This document shows, in pieces, positions 6,247-7,942 of a stretch of 7,942 nucleotides of DNA. Position numbers and translations under genes: made by a program. Source of the stretch: a virus (taxonomy: Duplodnaviria > Heunggongvirae > Uroviricota > Caudoviricetes); the IMG/VR virus record IMGVR_UViG_2529292910_000006; one strand, written 5' to 3'. The notes beneath the pieces were generated by a model. It saw only the letters and a list, made by a program, of their open reading frames with translations, ran no database searches and was not told the origin of the DNA. Position 1 is the stretch's first letter. Each line of letters starts with the position of its first letter.

Positions 6247-6327
6247 ATGAACCATGAAGAAATGAATCAGCGCTTCAGTCGTCTGGAAAATGAAATTGCT
6301 GAACTGAATAAAAACTGTCGGCGCTGA
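6247..6327 (+). CDS. Very small ORF (26 aa) coupled to the downstream gene by a TGATG overlap; coding status uncertain
   Basis: ATG at 6247, 3 nt after the holin stop (MNHEEMNQRFSRLENEIAELNKNCRR*). Its TGA at 6325-6327 shares an A with ATG 6327 of the next ORF. Confidence 0.3.
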   Translation: MNHEEMNQRFSRLENEIAELNKNCRR

Positions 6328-6803
6328 TGCCTTCTGAAGATGAAAAAAAACGCCGCGATGAGCAGTTTGCTGCGTTTGACGATTATTGTCGGAAAGTGAT
6401 GAGCAGAAATCTCGCAGAGTGTTTCAGTATTCATAATGATAATTTCAGTGAGCTGGAATGGGAGTGTAACCGGCCATCCTTTGTTGTATCCGGTGATGCT
6501 GGGAAAATAACCATCTCAGAAAATGGGAAAGTAACACCTCCATCGCACCAGCACAGTGAGGAGCTCATTGAATTTGCCATTGATTACCTGAAGAACAATA
6601 AAAAGCAGGGGCTGATGAAGCGCGTTGGCCGTTGCATGGGATATCTTCAGGTAGCCGCTGAGATTGAAGCGCTGGCCAGTGGTGCTGATAAGGATGCAAT
6701 TGTGCGGGAGGCTCTTCTTCGTGATTTTAATACTCCACCCTTTAAAAAAGTGCCGGCTTACTGGCTTCATCCGGGGCTGACTTATCTTAAAGTGCGTATT
6801 TAG
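6327..6803 (+). CDS. Hypothetical protein (158 aa) located between holin and endolysin
   Basis: Uninterrupted ORF with non-repetitive composition (MPSEDEKKRRDEQFAAFDDYCRKVMSRNL…). An A8 tract at 6343-6350 sits in codons 6-8. No family recognised. Confidence 0.55.
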   Translation: MPSEDEKKRRDEQFAAFDDYCRKVMSRNLAECFSIHNDNFSELEWECNRPSFVVSGDAGKITISENGKVTPPSHQHSEELIEFAIDYLKNNKKQGLMKRVGRCMGYLQVAAEIEALASGADKDAIVREALLRDFNTPPFKKVPAYWLHPGLTYLKVRI

Positions 6804-6839
6804 TGGGCCAGGGACAGCGGCTGAATATTTAATATATCC

Positions 6840-6980
6840 ATGAACACCAAAATCAAATACGGCCTGTCGGCTGCCGTTCTGGCGCTGATTGCCGCTGGTG
6901 CGCCTGCGCCTGACATTCTCGACCAGTTTCTGGATGAAAAGGAAGGTAACCACACCACGGCATACCGTGATGGCGCGGGT
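6840..6980 (+). pseudogene. R: SAR endolysin (lysozyme R) 5' fragment, truncated after about 47 codons
   Basis: MNTKIKYGLSAAVLALIAAGAPAPDILDQFLDEKEGNHTTAYRDGAG matches the N-terminal signal-anchor-release region of Stx-phage/phage-21-type endolysins as recalled (…YGLSAAVLALIAAGA…DQFLDEKEGNHTTAYRDGAG). After about 6980 the frame becomes unrelated and stops at 7014-7016. Confidence 0.75.
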
Positions 6981-6985
6981 ACACC

Positions 6986-7942
6986 ATGCAGGTTGAGCCG
7001 GGGCGTTATCGTGTGACCCTGTGCGTGGAAGGCCGTCAGCCGGCATGCGCTGGCGAGATTGACGTCATGGCAGACGACGAGCCGGGCACACTGAATGCGT
7101 TTTTGCTGCGTGAGCAGGACAGCACTTATTACCCTGAGTCGCTGAAAAAACTGGAAGACGCGGCGGATGCGGCTGTCAGCAGGGCAGAGGAAGCGGCGAG
7201 GAAAGCGGAAACGGCGGTTGGGCCACAGGGACCGAAAGGCGACACCGGAGCAACGGGGCCGCAGGGACAGAAGGGGGACAAGGGGGATACAGGCCCACAG
7301 GGGCCAAAGGGGGATAAAGGAGACAAGGGCGATAAGGGGGATAAGGGAAAAGAGATTATTGCAGTACGAAATGCAGCCTGCAACGAATACGGCGGGATAA
7401 ACTGTGAGGTGCAGTTTGAAGATGCGGTCAATGAAAAAGGAGAGCAGGTATGGCTGCCGTATACCGCAACGGAAACGGATAATACAGAACACGGAAAAGC
7501 CTTGTGGTCGGGGCTGACAGCAGGAACATACGGAAGTGTGAGTGCCTTTGTTGCCACGGAAGCAATACTGGAAGCGGCAAAGGCGGCGAAAAGGGAAGAG
7601 ATTAATATCTGGCGTGATGTGCAGGAGAATATGGAATACGTGATGGAATTCAACGGAAGGAACTGGGATTACGGCAAGAAGACGTTGTCCAGGATAAGCA
7701 CGACACGACTGATGGCAGAGAACAACCGTCTTCCGGAAGGGTTTGCCTGGACGGACGGGGATAATAATGTGGTGCCGGTAACGGCGGCGGAGATAATTGC
7801 GCTGGCAGATGCGACAGAGCAGGCGATGTTTGCGAAAGGTGTGGAGATTAATACACGTCAGCTTCAGATGAAAGCAGAGGTTGAGGCGCTGACAGAGCTG
7901 AAGGCGATCCGCAGTTATGTTGTCGGATGGCCTGCAAGCTAG
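6986..7942 (+). CDS. stf: Side tail fibre protein, 5'-truncated remnant (318 aa from the first ATG) with collagen-like Gly-X-Y repeats
   Basis: EPGRYRVTLCVEGRQPACAGEIDVMADDEPGTLNAFL aligns with lambda Stf residues around 55-95 as recalled (EYGQYSVILQVDGFPPSHAGTITVYEDSQPGTLNDFL), so the homology starts mid-protein. Fourteen Gly-X-Y triplets follow. The frame is open back to 6971 and runs to TAG at 7940-7942, with no ribosome-binding site of its own. Confidence 0.7.
   Translation: MQVEPGRYRVTLCVEGRQPACAGEIDVMADDEPGTLNAFLLREQDSTYYPESLKKLEDAADAAVSRAEEAARKAETAVGPQGPKGDTGATGPQGQKGDKGDTGPQGPKGDKGDKGDKGDKGKEIIAVRNAACNEYGGINCEVQFEDAVNEKGEQVWLPYTATETDNTEHGKALWSGLTAGTYGSVSAFVATEAILEAAKAAKREEINIWRDVQENMEYVMEFNGRNWDYGKKTLSRISTTRLMAENNRLPEGFAWTDGDNNVVPVTAAEIIALADATEQAMFAKGVEINTRQLQMKAEVEALTELKAIRSYVVGWPAS
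7220..7354 (+). repeat. Collagen-like triplet repeat (Gly-X-Y, 14-15 units, including four GDK in tandem) inside the tail fibre gene
   Basis: GPQGPKGDTGATGPQGQKGDKGDTGPQGPKGDKGDKGDKGDKGKE, with a 9-bp periodicity of GGnGAnAAG-type units visible in the DNA. Confidence 0.9.

Noticed and set aside
6012-6255. ORFs 6012-6224 (+) and 6073-6255 (-) overlapping the holin
   Set aside because: They are alternative-frame or antisense to the holin, whose sequence matches the S21 family closely.
7220-7354. Short periodic repeats, considered as a possible CRISPR array
   Set aside because: Units are 9 bp with no spacer structure and are in-frame coding Gly-X-Y triplets.
6516-7653. Minus-strand ORFs 6516-7046, 6800-7492 and 7129-7653, and + strand ORF 7167-7400
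   Set aside because: They are antisense or off-frame to the endolysin fragment and tail-fibre gene. The minus-strand translations are Pro/Leu/Ser-rich mirror images of the collagen repeat.

Overview
This window reads as the late-regulatory and lysis region of a lambdoid prophage from an Enterobacteriaceae (E. coli-like) genome, all on the + strand: upstream gene tail, rusA, a Q-type antiterminator, late promoter and terminator, a tRNA triplet, nanS-p esterase, pinholin, and a SAR endolysin. The gene order matches Shiga-toxin converting phages (Q, tRNA-Ile/Arg/Arg, [stx], nanS-p, S, R), but no stx gene sits between the tRNAs and nanS-p. Three things stand out. (1) An accessory insertion between the late terminator and the tRNAs carries a small unknown ORF and an AppY/GadX-like AraC-family regulator. 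(2) The prophage looks decayed: Q is split by a -1 frameshift in an A6 tract, and the endolysin is cut after about 47 codons and joined to a 5'-truncated side-tail-fibre gene with collagen-like repeats, implying loss of the whole morphogenesis region. (3) Several small uncharacterised ORFs flank the holin. All calls rest on reading the sequence and recalled family features; no database search was run.
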